Shown: positions 52,759 to 64,000 of the stretch, piece by piece
How positions within the stretch are numbered: position 1 is the first letter of the stretch
How the letters are laid out: each line of letters opens with the position of its first letter
Source of the DNA: Octopus vulgaris
Taxonomy: Eukaryota
DNA: 64,000 nucleotides
Direction of reading: 5' to 3'
NCBI GenBank assembly: GCA_951406725.2
Contig: OX597816.1
Span: 135,656,001 to 135,720,000 of the forward strand
Translations under genes and position numbers: made by a program
The notes under the pieces: generated by a model
Seen by the model: the letters and a program-made list of their open reading frames with translations, nothing else
Databases searched by the model: none
Told to the model about the DNA's origin: nothing

Positions 52759-53730
52759 TTAACGAGCAGCCGAAGCTTGTGTGGCTGTTTGCTGTTGTAC
52801 GTTGCTTGTAGCTTTTTGTTTCAACATTGTCCAGTCAAATGTATAATCGTACTGATAATTGAGAGTACGAAAAAGAATGCGGAAAAGCTGCCTGAGGTAC
52901 ATATAATCAGGAGCTTCCTCAAAACGCAATCCACGGCAGTAATTCAAATACATAGCGAATTCTGTTGGAAAGCCTTTACACAGGGCTTCGACGGGAGTAG
53001 ACATTTTCCTCTCGCTTATCTTCTCATACTTCTGTTTTTTGGTCGCCGCTTTCAGACCTTGCCAAGGAAGGCTACCACGATTGAAATACATCAAAACATA
53101 GCCAAGGGATTCCATATCGTCCCTACGACTCTGTTCGATTCCCAAGTGAGCATTAATGCTAGCATAACGAGCAGTTCCGGTCAAATTTTTATCTTCGCGG
53201 TAGACAATATGTTGTCGTGTCTTACTGTCGCGATATTTTTTAGCCAAACCAAAATCTATTATGAATAACTTATTACAGTGTCGTCCGATTCCCATCAAGA
53301 AATTGTCAGGCTTAATATCTCGGTGAATAAAATTTCTGTTGTGAACATATTCCATTCGTGCAATCATCTGGTCCGCAATCAACAATACAGTTTTCATGGT
53401 AAATCGTCTCGAACAGAAGTTGAACAAATCTTCAAGGCTCGGTCCTAATAAATCCATAACAAGGATATTATAATCTCGCTCTTGATTATACCAACGGACA
53501 TGGGGAATCCCAACACCTCCTTGTAAGATTTTATAGAGCTTACTTTCATAGAGAAGTTGTTGATGTCGAGCTTTAATCGACTCCAATTTAACAGCGACTT
53601 CCTCGCCATTTGTTATGTTGATGCCTAGGTAAATATCACCGAACGACCCACTGCCAATTTTCCGCACTAATCGATACTTTCCAGTGGCAAAGAAGTCTGT
53701 TCGACTAGATCTTTCGCTGCTTACCTCCAT
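52759..53730 (-). CDS. CSNK1A1: Casein kinase I isoform alpha, intronless CDS, 323 aa
   Basis: GSGSFG loop, VAVK48, HRD138IKPDN, D159FG, CK1 signatures [38 protein letters not shown], and alpha-type MGIGRHCNK and short C-tail. Uninterrupted ORF. Confidence 0.97.
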   Translation of the reverse strand: MEVSSERSSRTDFFATGKYRLVRKIGSGSFGDIYLGINITNGEEVAVKLESIKARHQQLLYESKLYKILQGGVGIPHVRWYNQERDYNILVMDLLGPSLEDLFNFCSRRFTMKTVLLIADQMIARMEYVHNRNFIHRDIKPDNFLMGIGRHCNKLFIIDFGLAKKYRDSKTRQHIVYREDKNLTGTARYASINAHLGIEQSRRDDMESLGYVLMYFNRGSLPWQGLKAATKKQKYEKISERKMSTPVEALCKGFPTEFAMYLNYCRGLRFEEAPDYMYLRQLFRILFRTLNYQYDYTFDWTMLKQKATSNVQQQTATQASAAR

Positions 53731-53763
53731 ACTTATTTTTTCGTGTACAATACAATTATTCTT

Positions 53764-53814
53764 CTAATGAATTGGTAATAAAGTTAGACTACGCCAGCCA
53801 AATCTGGCTGCCAT
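53764..53814 (-). other. Upstream ORF (MAARFGWRSLTLLPIH*) in the presumed CK1-alpha 5' leader
   Basis: AAAATGG strong Kozak context, 16 codons plus TAG, ending 33 nt before the main ATG. Whether it is transcribed is unknown. Confidence 0.4.
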
Positions 53815-53910
53815 TTTGGTTTATATAGAAAATTTAAGCCCACAATGCCACGCAAAAGCAATATCCCATAATATTAATAGCTAGACAACTGCGCATGCGG
53901 ACAGGAAGTT
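53805..53910 (-). promoter_or_regulatory. Housekeeping-type promoter of CK1-alpha (YY1, TATA-like, NRF1, ETS motifs)
   Basis: GCCATTTT (YY1-like, 53810-53817), TATATAAA minus (53820-53827), TGCGCATGCG (53890-53899), ACAGGAAGT (53901-53909). Local CpG retention. Confidence 0.65.
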
Positions 53911-54616
53911 ATTACTACTTTATCCAACCGAAGCTAACTTTCATTTATCTGGTCTGTCAGCTTTTACAGTCTACTCTCTCACTTCGTAAACGAAGAACTC
54001 GGTAGTCATATTAAAAATCAAAGTAGGAAAGTTACGAGAATCTGGAATAATTTGTGTTCCTAAAAAAAATAAATAAAATTTTAAAAAACCCAAGTGCATT
54101 TATTTACTTCAAATGTAAAAAATTAATGCTGTGAAAAGGTTTATTTATGAGGCGAAAATATTGACTATTTCACTATAGCATATAGAAGTTTTTATTGCCT
54201 GCTCCACCCATAATTTTATTTTATTATTATCATTATTATTTTTTTTTTTGTAGTAAACTTAACATAATTTATGTATCTGCATTTCAAGAGGGCTGTACCC
54301 TGTAATTTATAATTATTTGTAAATCTATATTGTATCCGTCTTACAACATATGTATAGTAGTTATTTATTTATACCTATTTTTTTTTTTTTAAAGAAAATG
54401 CATTTAGTTAAATATATGTTAGAAATGAATCAAGAGAGCAAATTCAAGCAGTTATTTAATAGAGCTCATAAGAAATATTCAAAATAGATTTTTTTATCTA
54501 TTTGAAGACAACCATTAATTCATTACAAAGTTCCATAATTTTTTTAGTCTTTTTAAAATATCTTATTTTACAAGCAAGTGTAAAAAATCAAAAACACATA
54601 TGGTCACTTGTAATAT

Positions 54617-54657
54617 GTCACATGACCTTAACATTAGTTGTATAGAGTCACGTGACT
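54617..54657. promoter_or_regulatory. Paired CLEAR/E-box sites
   Basis: GTCACATGAC 54617-54626 and AGTCACGTGACT 54646-54657. Confidence 0.4.
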
Positions 54658-56018
54658 TAGAACTATGATTCCATTGAATCTATCAGCCAACATAAGTTAG
54701 ACGTTAATTCACAATTGCTTGGATAATATTCTGGGAGTAACTGTAGCACTTATTAGATGTACTGTAGGCATGACCTTAATCAATTACTTGTTCTTTTCAG
54801 TTCAGTTATGAATTATTTATTCTGACTAATGACTTTGACACGTAATCCAGCCTTCAAAGACATATCCATTTATTGAATGCATGTTAATAAGAGGTTTTGT
54901 AGTCAATAGGAAGTCTCGGCTCATTCCCTCATTCTTAAGTTTTAATTTTTGGTGGGAATCAGCTATAAAATACGTGTGATTTCCTTATTCTGCTTTTGAC
55001 ATTAACTGGGAATTAAATCAAGCAGAAGAGTATATGTATTCATAACTTAGTTTTGCAGGGGTTTTCACCTCTAGCCTTATCAAGCCAAGTGGGGAACTTT
55101 ATTTAACACTAAAGGAGTTATTAATTTAGCTCCTAAATTTTCTTGTATGTAAATCACTTTAGTCATGACTGAGGGAAATCTCGCATAGTGTATTAGACTA
55201 ACACCTGACAGTTACAATTGCCATTACCAGAAAACTAGCCAAAGAATAAATAAAGTAAAATGAAACCTCAAATAATATACAATTGACAATGGTCAGTTCC
55301 TGTTGTAATATACCAATCTTTTTTCAGTGTGATAGATTTAGATAAATAGCTAAACATTTGTTGAATCTGCAAAAACTAAACTTATTAGCAATTTTTAATC
55401 AAAGACTCATTTACAATTTTACCAAATGTAATTAATTCTTGTGATCATTTATACAGAACCCAATTATTATATTTTGCATCAACCCTTCCTCCCCCTATTC
55501 TATATGTCTTTTAATTTCACATCCAAATTTCCTTTTACCCAACATACATAATTATTTACATTAAATATCCATACCAACACAACAATCTTGCATAACATTA
55601 ACACTATCTCTGTGTGTTCCTAGTACTTATCTTACTATCTACAAAAATATCCCCTCCTACTTTTTTATTTTGTCTATGTGGTTGGTCAAGGTAGTTGACA
55701 TTTCTCTCTTGCAGTGTCTTCTCATTATGGCATTTAAAAACTCTGTTTTTACCATATTAAGCTTAACTACAGTTAAATAGTGACCCAGAAGAGAACAAAT
55801 AATATTGTCAGAAATGTGGCACAAATAAATGCAAGGATCCAGACTTCGTTGATATACAGTGAAACTAATTGAATTTAATAAAAAGTTAACTTTTTTACTT
55901 TGTCCCAAGTAGACAATAAATTGAAAACATTATTCTCTTATGCTACAAAAAATTTGTGACTATGAGTCAATGGTAGAATTCAGTATAAGGGTTATTGCTT
56001 AAACCTTTAGCATTTAAA

Positions 56019-56640
56019 TAATAATAATAATAATGAAATTATTGTATACAGTGCTCAGGTGCACCACAACTTGTCAGAAAGTGCATATAAAGGACATGCA
56101 GTAATGTAAAAATGTCTGGAAAGCGAACAATGTATGAGTCAGATACATGCTTGTGTGTGTATGGAGGGGAGAAAATCAGGTGTAGTGTTGGCGAATCTCA
56201 GAAAGCATGGAAGTTTTGAAGGATGCAGTGCTCCGACAACTAACAACTGATGCCGGCAGTTTGTTCCATGCTTCAGCAACTCTCAGCCTGAAAAAATGTT
56301 TCCTGAAGTCATGGGAGCTGTGCTGTTTTCTGACTTTGTAAATATGTCCACGGGTGTTAGACAGGTGGAGTTTGGAAAGGTGCTCAGAGTTGTTGTTTGT
56401 ACGATGGTTGATAATTTTATGGGTGTCTGCCAAGTCAGCTGCCAGACATCGGAGTTTCAATGTATCCATGCCCAGGGAAGTAAGGCGTTCAGGATATGGC
56501 AAATGCCTGATGGAGGGTATTCTCTTGGTTGCATGTCGCTGAACAGCTTCCAGACAATTGATATCCTGGGCAAGATAGGGGTTCCAGACCGGTAATGCAA
56601 ATTCCAGGTGAGGTCTTACCATAGCTATATAAAGCCGCAG
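56019..56640 (-). mobile_element. CR1-group LINE 3' fragment (~620 bp) inserted in a piggyBac-type MITE
   Basis: LYIAMVRPHLEF..VWNPY...LEAVQR.ATK...TRGH...FF.LRV..WN.LP, (ATT)n tail, TSD ATTTAAA (56012-56018, 56641-56647). Confidence 0.88.
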
Positions 56641-57032
56641 ATTTAAACTGACCATATCCGGCTTGAATATTCTTGTTGCTTTATTCTCAAACTGGTCAGA
56701 GCCAGCCTCTAACACCTACCCTATAATATCATTCTAAGAAAAAAAAAAAGAAAAAAAACACAAAATACATCATTGAAATCTTAAAGCTATGAGATTATGC
56801 GTGATTTATTCAAAACAATGTGAATAAATAAGCATTACATTTGACAGAATAATCCAAATGTTAAATGTTTAAACCTTATCATTACTAGCACCAATCAGCA
56901 ACATCATTATTCTTTGTTGCTGCATATACTGACACTCTGTCAGTTATGATGAGGGTTCTAGTTGATCCAATCAACAGAGCAGCCTGCTTGTGAAATTAAC
57001 GTGCAAGTGGCTGAGCATTCCACAGACACATC

Positions 57033-57646
57033 GTCAGCTTTATATAGCTATGGTACAACCTCACCTGGAATTTGCATTACTGGTCTGGAACTCCTATCTT
57101 GCCCAGGATATTATTCGTCTGGAAGCCGTTCAGTGACGTACAACCAAGAGAATACCCTCCATCAGGCATTTGCCATATTCTGAATGCCTTACTTCCCTGG
57201 GCATGGATACATTGAAACTCCGACGTCTGGCAGCTGACTTGGCAGACACCCATAAAATTATCAACCATCGTACAAACAACAACTCTGAGCACCTTTCCAA
57301 ACTCCACCTGTCTAACACCCGTGGACATGTTTACAAAGTCAGAAAACAGCACAGCTCCCATGACTTCAGGAAACATTTTTTCACGCTAAGAGTTGCTGAA
57401 GCATGGAACAGACTGCCAGCATCAGTTGTTAGTTGTCGGAGCATTGCATCCTTCAAAACTTCCATGCTTCCTGAGATTCGCCAACACTACACCTGATTTT
57501 CTCCCCTCCATACACACGCAAGCATGTATCTGACTCATACACTGTTCACTTTCCAGACATTTGTGCATTACTACATGTACTTTATATGCACTTTTGACAA
57601 GTGGTGCACCTGAGCACTGTATACAATAATTTCATTATTATTATTT
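57033..57646 (+). mobile_element. Second CR1-group LINE 3' fragment, inverted relative to the first, inserted in a MetaSINE-like SINE
   Basis: ORF 57170-57496 is nearly identical to the end of ORF 56176-56715. The host SINE resumes at ~57648. Confidence 0.88.
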
Positions 57647-58208
57647 TATGTACCTATAATGTAGTTCTTATAGAAATTCAGTGTGACATAGAATGTGACA
57701 AGGCTGGCCCTTTGAAATACAGGTACAACTCATTTTTGCCAGCTGAGTAGAATGGAGCAATGTGAAATAAAGTGTCTTGCTCAAGGGCACAACATGTCAC
57801 TGAGAACTGAACTCACAACCTTACACTCATGAGATAAATGTCCTAACCACTAGGCCACATGCCTTCATACTAATTGGATTTAATAAAAAATTGATTTGTC
57901 CCAAGTAAACTATAAACTGAAAACATTATTCTCCCATGCTACAAAAATTTGTGGCCATGAGCCAATGGTAGAATTCAATAGTCCAAGTGTAAATGAAGCA
58001 GATAGCTGAATGAATAGGATCTTCAGTTACCAACTGAATACTCTGTGGTTTGAACCATATCCGTGGTATGAGCTTATGGCAAAATACTTAACTCTTTACA
58101 ACTCATCTTTTGTAGGTAGGATGTTGCATAAATTGCTGTGAGCAGCATCATATTAACCCTTTCACTGTGAGGTAAATATCGTGGTTATTCCTGTAATGAT
58201 GTTAAATA

Positions 58209-58893
58209 TCTATATATATAAAACTCAACTTGTGTGTCTGTGTGTTTAACTTCCCGGCACATCTCCTCCTAGCCAACAAATCGTAGAACCACCAAAAATG
58301 GGTCACTTAAAGTTTAGGCGAATGAAAATTGAACTGCGCTATTTCTGTTCCGAAATTCATCTTGCAAGGGCAAAAATCGATAATGTGTTTGTTTAGGCCT
58401 TATCCCATGCATTGAATAGTGAACTTTACTCAGTCAGCTGTTTGACGTGAACTGTGTTCACCACACGTGCAAGCATGCGTAAATTCCATGAAAAATAAAA
58501 AATCAAGATATAAAAACGAATCGCCGTAAACATTGTAGAAATTCGACAAAGAAATGAATTTTCAGGATGTAGCCTGGAGGGTTTTTTTGTATTAATCGTT
58601 TGGACTTTGTGAACACATACCAATTGTTTTCATAACATTTTTAACGCTTTGAATTAAATGTGACCATTTTGCATTGAGTCTGCAGTTTGAATCACTTTAA
58701 CCAAATTTTAGCAGGCTGGATTTTTGATCATCACGATACATCGCCAGCGACTCCCAGAAACACTCCCCTGAAATCCTCGTTGAGAAATCTATAAATATAA
58801 AACCCAACTTGTGTATCTGTGTGTGTTTCTGTGTGTTTAACTTTTGGATCTACCAAGTTTCATTATTAAGGATGGAAAGTAGTGTGTAGCAAA
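58209..58893 (+). mobile_element. Non-autonomous Helitron-like heads (starts at 58209 and 58788)
   Basis: A|TCTATATATATAAAACTCAACTTGTGTGTCTGTGTG 5' motif repeated. No 3' CTAG terminus of their own. Confidence 0.55.
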
Positions 58894-59282
58894 TCTCTAT
58901 ATATAAAGCTGAAGTTGTCTGTGTGTGGCAGGTTTGGTAGCCTTCAACTAATACTATCTCCTTTGAGACCCTGCAGCACAAGTTGACCAAAATTGAGAGT
59001 ATGATAGAAGAAGGCTTGCTCTTCCTTCTGTAGAAGATAAAATTCAAATCGGACCTTGTTAACACCAAAAATTATTTACATCAAAAAGGTGCTTTTTTTC
59101 TATGAAAATCCCTATTTTTTATGATTTTTGACTGCTGTGTCACTATTTTTCGGTGTATTTCAACTGGAAAAATGTTCACTTGAAGAGAATAACAAGTTGC
59201 ATAATGCAAAATTTTTACTTTTCAAAAATTCCAATTCTAAAGGGTTGAAACAAACCCAAGCAACACCGAGTGATACTGCTAG
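58894..59282 (+). mobile_element. Non-autonomous Helitron
   Basis: A|TC start, decayed GC hairpin CCCAAGCAACACCGAG, CTAG|T end. Confidence 0.7.
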
Positions 59283-59897
59283 TCTACTATGAAAACAGAA
59301 TTGGTATTCTCTGCAAGTCACACTGCCTCAATAAATTTGACATAAATCAACAGAAAATAGTTTCAAATGTGATATTCTTCAACAAAAAATGGATTAGTAT
59401 TTAAAACTACTTTTGGCAGTTAAAGGTAATGAAATTTGAGTAAAAGGGTTAAAATTGACAAATGCATTATTAACTTATAGCATTAAGTTCAACTCTTCCA
59501 TTAGGTTTATAATTTTAAGTGGGATGGTCTCTGTTAAGCTGACTTACCTTTCATACACAATGTGAAAAAATTTTCAGTTGTGTTTAAGCAAGTGATGAAA
59601 TCCCCATTTGAAATATCAGTCATGAATTGAAGATTATTTTGCGAAACTATTATAATTAAGGCAAAGGTTGTAAATTTTAACAAAAATATTTTTATTATAA
59701 CCATAATAATCATAAATATTAGAATCTTTTAGCATTTAATCTGGCCATATCCAAACTGTTTTATGTTAAAACTGACTAGAGCCAACCTCTCAAACCTACT
59801 CTACAATTTCAGTGCATAAATATACGATTACATTATTGAAAGCTTGAAACTACAAAATAATGCATGATTAATGCAAAAAAAAAAATGTAAATAAATA

Positions 59898-60313
59898 GGC
59901 ACAGGAGTGGCTGTGTGGTAAGTAGCTTGCTAACCAGCCACATGGTATCGGGTTCAGTCCCACTGCGTAGCATCTTGGGCAAGTGTCTTCTGCTATAGCC
60001 CCGGGCCGACCAATGCCTTGTGAGTGGATTTGGTAGACTGAAACTGAAAGAAGCCTGTCGTATATATGTATATATATATAAGTGTGTGTGTATATGTTTG
60101 TGTGTCTGTGTTTGTCCCCCTAGCATTGCTTGACAACCGATGCTGGTGTGTTTACGTCCCCGTTACTTAGCGGTTCGGCAAAAGAGACCGATAGAATAAG
60201 TACTGGGCTTACAAAGAATAAGTCCCGGGGTCGATTTGCTCGACTAAAGGCGGTGCTCCAGCATGGCCGCAGTCAAATGACTGAAACAAGTAAAAGAGTA
60301 GAGTAAAGAGTAA
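59898..60313 (+). mobile_element. Young main-family SINE inserted in a piggyBac-type MITE (59722-60353)
   Basis: Full-length and CpG-retaining. The MITE resumes and ends AATGCTAAAGGG-TTAA. Confidence 0.9.
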
Positions 60314-61182
60314 GCAATACATTTGAGAAGAAATCTGAATGCTAAAGGGTTAATTGTTCACAGAGACAAAACAGATTATTATAAGTTTTTAAAAATAACT
60401 ATTGATAACTATCAAATATTTTGATAGGCATAACTATTCGGGGATATAAGACACTTTTAATAAATTGAAATATCACAGCAGCTGATTACAAAAGTTATAT
60501 ATTTAGTGATAACTATAACTATTACGTAGAGTTGTCTCCCTTAGCCCTATTCGCTGCAAACAAAAACCGAATTGGTATACCATGAGAAATTTAAATCTTT
60601 GGGTGGGGTACAGGTTTTTTTATTTTTCTTCCTTTCTTTTTCCTTTTTTTTTGTTAATATTTCTTATCTCTTCCCACTCATATATAGATCGTCAATAGCC
60701 TACCCACTCTAGTGACTATCCTTATTTCCCAAATAAATTCTTAACATATTACTAATCACCTTAGCCACTTTAGAATTATATTATAGGTTTGTTGTGTTTA
60801 TATGAATATATTTGTGGCATATGGCCTATAGTAACGGAAATATATATGTACGTATGTATGTACTCTTTGGCTTTTAATTATTTGATGACTTCCTATAAGG
60901 AAGGTGCTATTTTTTTTTTTTAACAAAGCTACAAAGCTCTGTGTTTGAAATGTAAATAACAAAAGTAATGTCACATTTTGAACTTGAGAAAACGGTTCTG
61001 CTTACAGAATATGTCAACTGGTTGATTTCCGTTTTTAAAAACTAACTTTTCCACATTGTCATTTAGACCTTTACTCACAAAAGCAAGTGCACTAATTATT
61101 ATTGGTATAAGTGTTAATTAATAATCTAGGCTTAGAATCTGATGTATTCATTTATGTATGTGTGTGTATGTATGCATGTAAT

Positions 61183-61219
<37 letters not shown>

Positions 61220-61223
<4 letters not shown>

Positions 61224-61298
61224 AACTACTAAGTTCTGAGAGGGGGGTAAACACAACACTGGTTGTCAAGCAATGGTGGGGACATTCTCAGACACAAA

Positions 61299-61336
<38 letters not shown>

Positions 61337-61480
61337 GCAGGCTTCTTTCAGTTTCTGTCAACCAAATCCACTCACAAAGTTTGGTAGTTCCGAGGCTATA
61401 GTTGAAGACACGTCCCTAAGGTACCATGCAGTGGGACTGAACCCAGAACCATGTTGTTGGAAAGCAAACTTCTTACCACA
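61220..61480 (-). mobile_element. Partial main-family SINE
   Basis: Colinear with the family. Confidence 0.7.
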
Positions 61481-61579
61481 TGGCCAATGCCAGCAGGTTT
61501 CATTTGGAGAATATTTAAACACCAAATGCAGTGTTGAGCACACATTCTCACTGTTTGATGTTTGTGTGTGTGTGTGTAT

Positions 61580-61995
61580 ATCATCATCATCATCATCGTT
61601 TAACGTCCGTTCTCCATGCTAGCATTGGTTGGACGGTTCGACCGGGGATCTGGGAAGCCAGAAGGCTGCACCAGGCTCCAGTCTTATCTGGCAATGTTTC
61701 TACAGCTGGATGCCCTTCCTAACGCCAACCACTCCGTGAGTGTAGTGGGTGCTTTTTACGTGCCACCTGCACAGGTGCCAGGCAAGGCTGGCAACGGCCA
61801 CTGTCGGATTGGTGTATTTTATGTGCCACCGGCACGGAAGCCAGTCGAGGCGGCGCTGGCATCGGCCACGAGTCGGATAGTGCTTTTTACATACCACCAG
61901 ACCAGGGATCCTGGCTGGTTCAATTCGATTTCGATTTCGATTTCGCTTGCCCCAACATGTCTTTGCAAGCAAAGGGGGTTGGCATGGGTGTCTGT
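61580..61995 (-). mobile_element. RTE 3'UTR fragment with (GAT)n tail
   Basis: Homologous to 29337-29800, with ~3 hairpin repeat units. Confidence 0.85.
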
Positions 61996-62731
61996 CGTAC
62001 ATATATAAATATATTCCATAATTGTTAGTCCAATAAAATATTCTATTTCACCTATGGCTCCTGATGAGCCACAAGCAAAACAATATATTCTATCAAACTA
62101 ATGATTATGGATTAAATAATTTAATTACATGCAAACTTATCTTTGAGTATTTAATACTTAGCGGCCACATATATCTTCTTTATGAACTTGTCACCCACTG
62201 GAATGTGTGTGTGTGTGTGTGTGCATGCGAGCATGTGTGTATTTGGAAAAAGAAAAGTTAAATACAGATAGCATCTAGCAATGCAGAAAGTGATAGGAAA
62301 GCTTTTATATTTCAGGCACAAAAGCCTATCTTCAGACGGAAGCAGTCCAAACAAAACTTTCTGCATTGTGAGAAATTTTCTTTATTTCCCTTTCCTTTTT
62401 CTACATCTGTACCGCAACACTCTTATGTGTGTGTGTGTGTGTATACACTGGTTATATAACTAGTATGTTTTACAACTCTTATATGTTTGCATGAAGTTCT
62501 ATTACTTGATGAGGTGTTTTCTGCAATATTAAATATCACTAGCTTCTAGTGATTTAACAAATCTGATTTTTTTTGTTTAGTTGTTTTTTTTCCTACAAGA
62601 AGAAACAGTGTCCATACACTTTGCCAGTCCTTCTAAATTTATTTAAGAAACTTAATTGTATTTTTGATAATGTAAATAACCATATACAAAAACATTTTAT
62701 TTTTTTAAAGTTTTTATAATTTATTATCATA

Positions 62732-63155
62732 GGTGCAGGTGTGGCTGTGTGGTAAGAAGTTTGCTTCCCAACCACATGGTTCTGAGTTCAGTCCCACTGT
62801 GTGTCATTTTGTGCAGATGTCTTCCATTATAGCCACAGCCCAACCAAAGTCTTGTGAGTGGATTTGGTAGACAAAAACTGAGGGAAGCCCATCATGTATA
62901 TATGTGTGTATGTATGTGTGTGTGTGTGCTTGGGTATGTGTGCATCCTTGTGACTGTGTTTGCCCCCTATTACCACTTGACAACCGATTGTTGGTGTGTT
63001 TACATCCCTGTAACTTAGTGGTTCAGCTAAAGTGACTGATACAATAAGTACTTCAGAAAAAGTGAATACTGGGGTTGATTCATTCAACTAAAATTCCTCA
63101 AGGTGGTGCTGCAGCATGGTCTCAGTCTAATGACTGAAACAAGCAAAAGATAAAA
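62732..63155 (+). mobile_element. Main-family SINE (older)
   Basis: GGTGCAGGTGTGGCTGTGTGG head, colinear body. Confidence 0.8.
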
Positions 63156-63284
63156 AAGAAATATATTTTTCAAACATTGGTACAGTCTTTCATCATGCAT
63201 GTCTATAGAAAAAAGTTACACCATGTTATGTTCTCCTGGGTGCAACCTTGAATAAGGTAATATGGAGGTCTGGCAGTAAGTCCC

Positions 63285-63286
<2 letters not shown>

Positions 63287-63361
<75 letters not shown>

Positions 63362-63386
63362 TCCTCTCTTCCCCCCCTCTCTCTCT
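63287..63386. repeat. (CT)n microsatellite
   Basis: Directly visible. Confidence 0.95.
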
Positions 63387-64000
63387 AATGTTAGAATAAT
63401 CCAAAGTAAAGAAAATCACCAACTGAGATTGGTGCCTATACTGCAACAGGAATTATTAGACCAACAGAATTGTGTAATATGTGCCATACATTAAGACTGT
63501 CTCTGAGTCAAAGACTGAATATCTTTGAAAGTACATTTCTGATAAATAAATCCTGTTAATTTTTTTTCTATTTGGACTTCATATGAATCAAAACATCTTT
63601 CCCAGTGAAATAGAAGGAAAAATTTGCAAGTTGGTGTCAACTGACTGATCTTTTGAAGTATAACATAGTTGTTTTTATTGTTGTTGATGACTATTAATAT
63701 ACCAATCACTGAAAATAATATTCTTGGTAATAATTTGATAATTACCTAGATGTGAATAACAGAATAATAATAAAGCTCTTTTGAAATTTGGCTACCAATG
63801 TAGCATATACCTGAAAAAAAAAAATTATGTCATCATTCTATTATTTGTAATTTTTATCTTCATCAAATCGTCCTTGTTGTTGTCACCATGCAAGATGGAA
63901 AAGTGGATGTTGAAATGATGATAGTCGGATGGAAATTATAGAAACAGATTTTCCATGGCTTGGTTTCAAGCAAGGTAATATTTCCCTATGGCTAGACATG

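Larger units (their letters stand above)
58153..59452. mobile_element. piggyBac-type MITE hosting Helitron insertions
   Basis: TTAA-CCCTTTCAC ... GTAAAAGGG-TTAA termini. Confidence 0.55.

Overview
AT-rich, repeat-dense animal genomic DNA, most likely from an octopod cephalopod. That assignment is inferred from tRNA-derived SINEs resembling the octopus families and was not checked against a database. The only clear host gene is an intact, intronless casein kinase I alpha (52759-53730, minus). It sits in an almost TE-free, CpG-retaining island with an NRF1/ETS/YY1-type promoter, a short uORF and upstream CLEAR/E-box palindromes. The rest is mostly decayed transposons: RTE, CR1-group, R4/Dong-type and CRE-type LINEs, three SINE types, Penelope-like (GIY-YIG) remnants, hAT, mariner, piggyBac-type MITEs, Helitrons and microsatellites. 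The most interesting signals are non-coding. (1) A cluster of Penelope-type minimal hammerhead ribozyme motifs at 38.0-39.1 kb, including U3-A8 core variants and a palindrome with TATA, hammerhead-like motif and AATAAA on each arm. (2) An HDV-like ribozyme fold exactly at the 5' boundary of a non-autonomous RTE derivative (22337-22424). (3) Many fold-back or inverted structures, including a ~620-bp inverted LINE pair upstream of CK1-alpha. All alignments, counts and folds were done by eye, and repeat boundaries are approximate.
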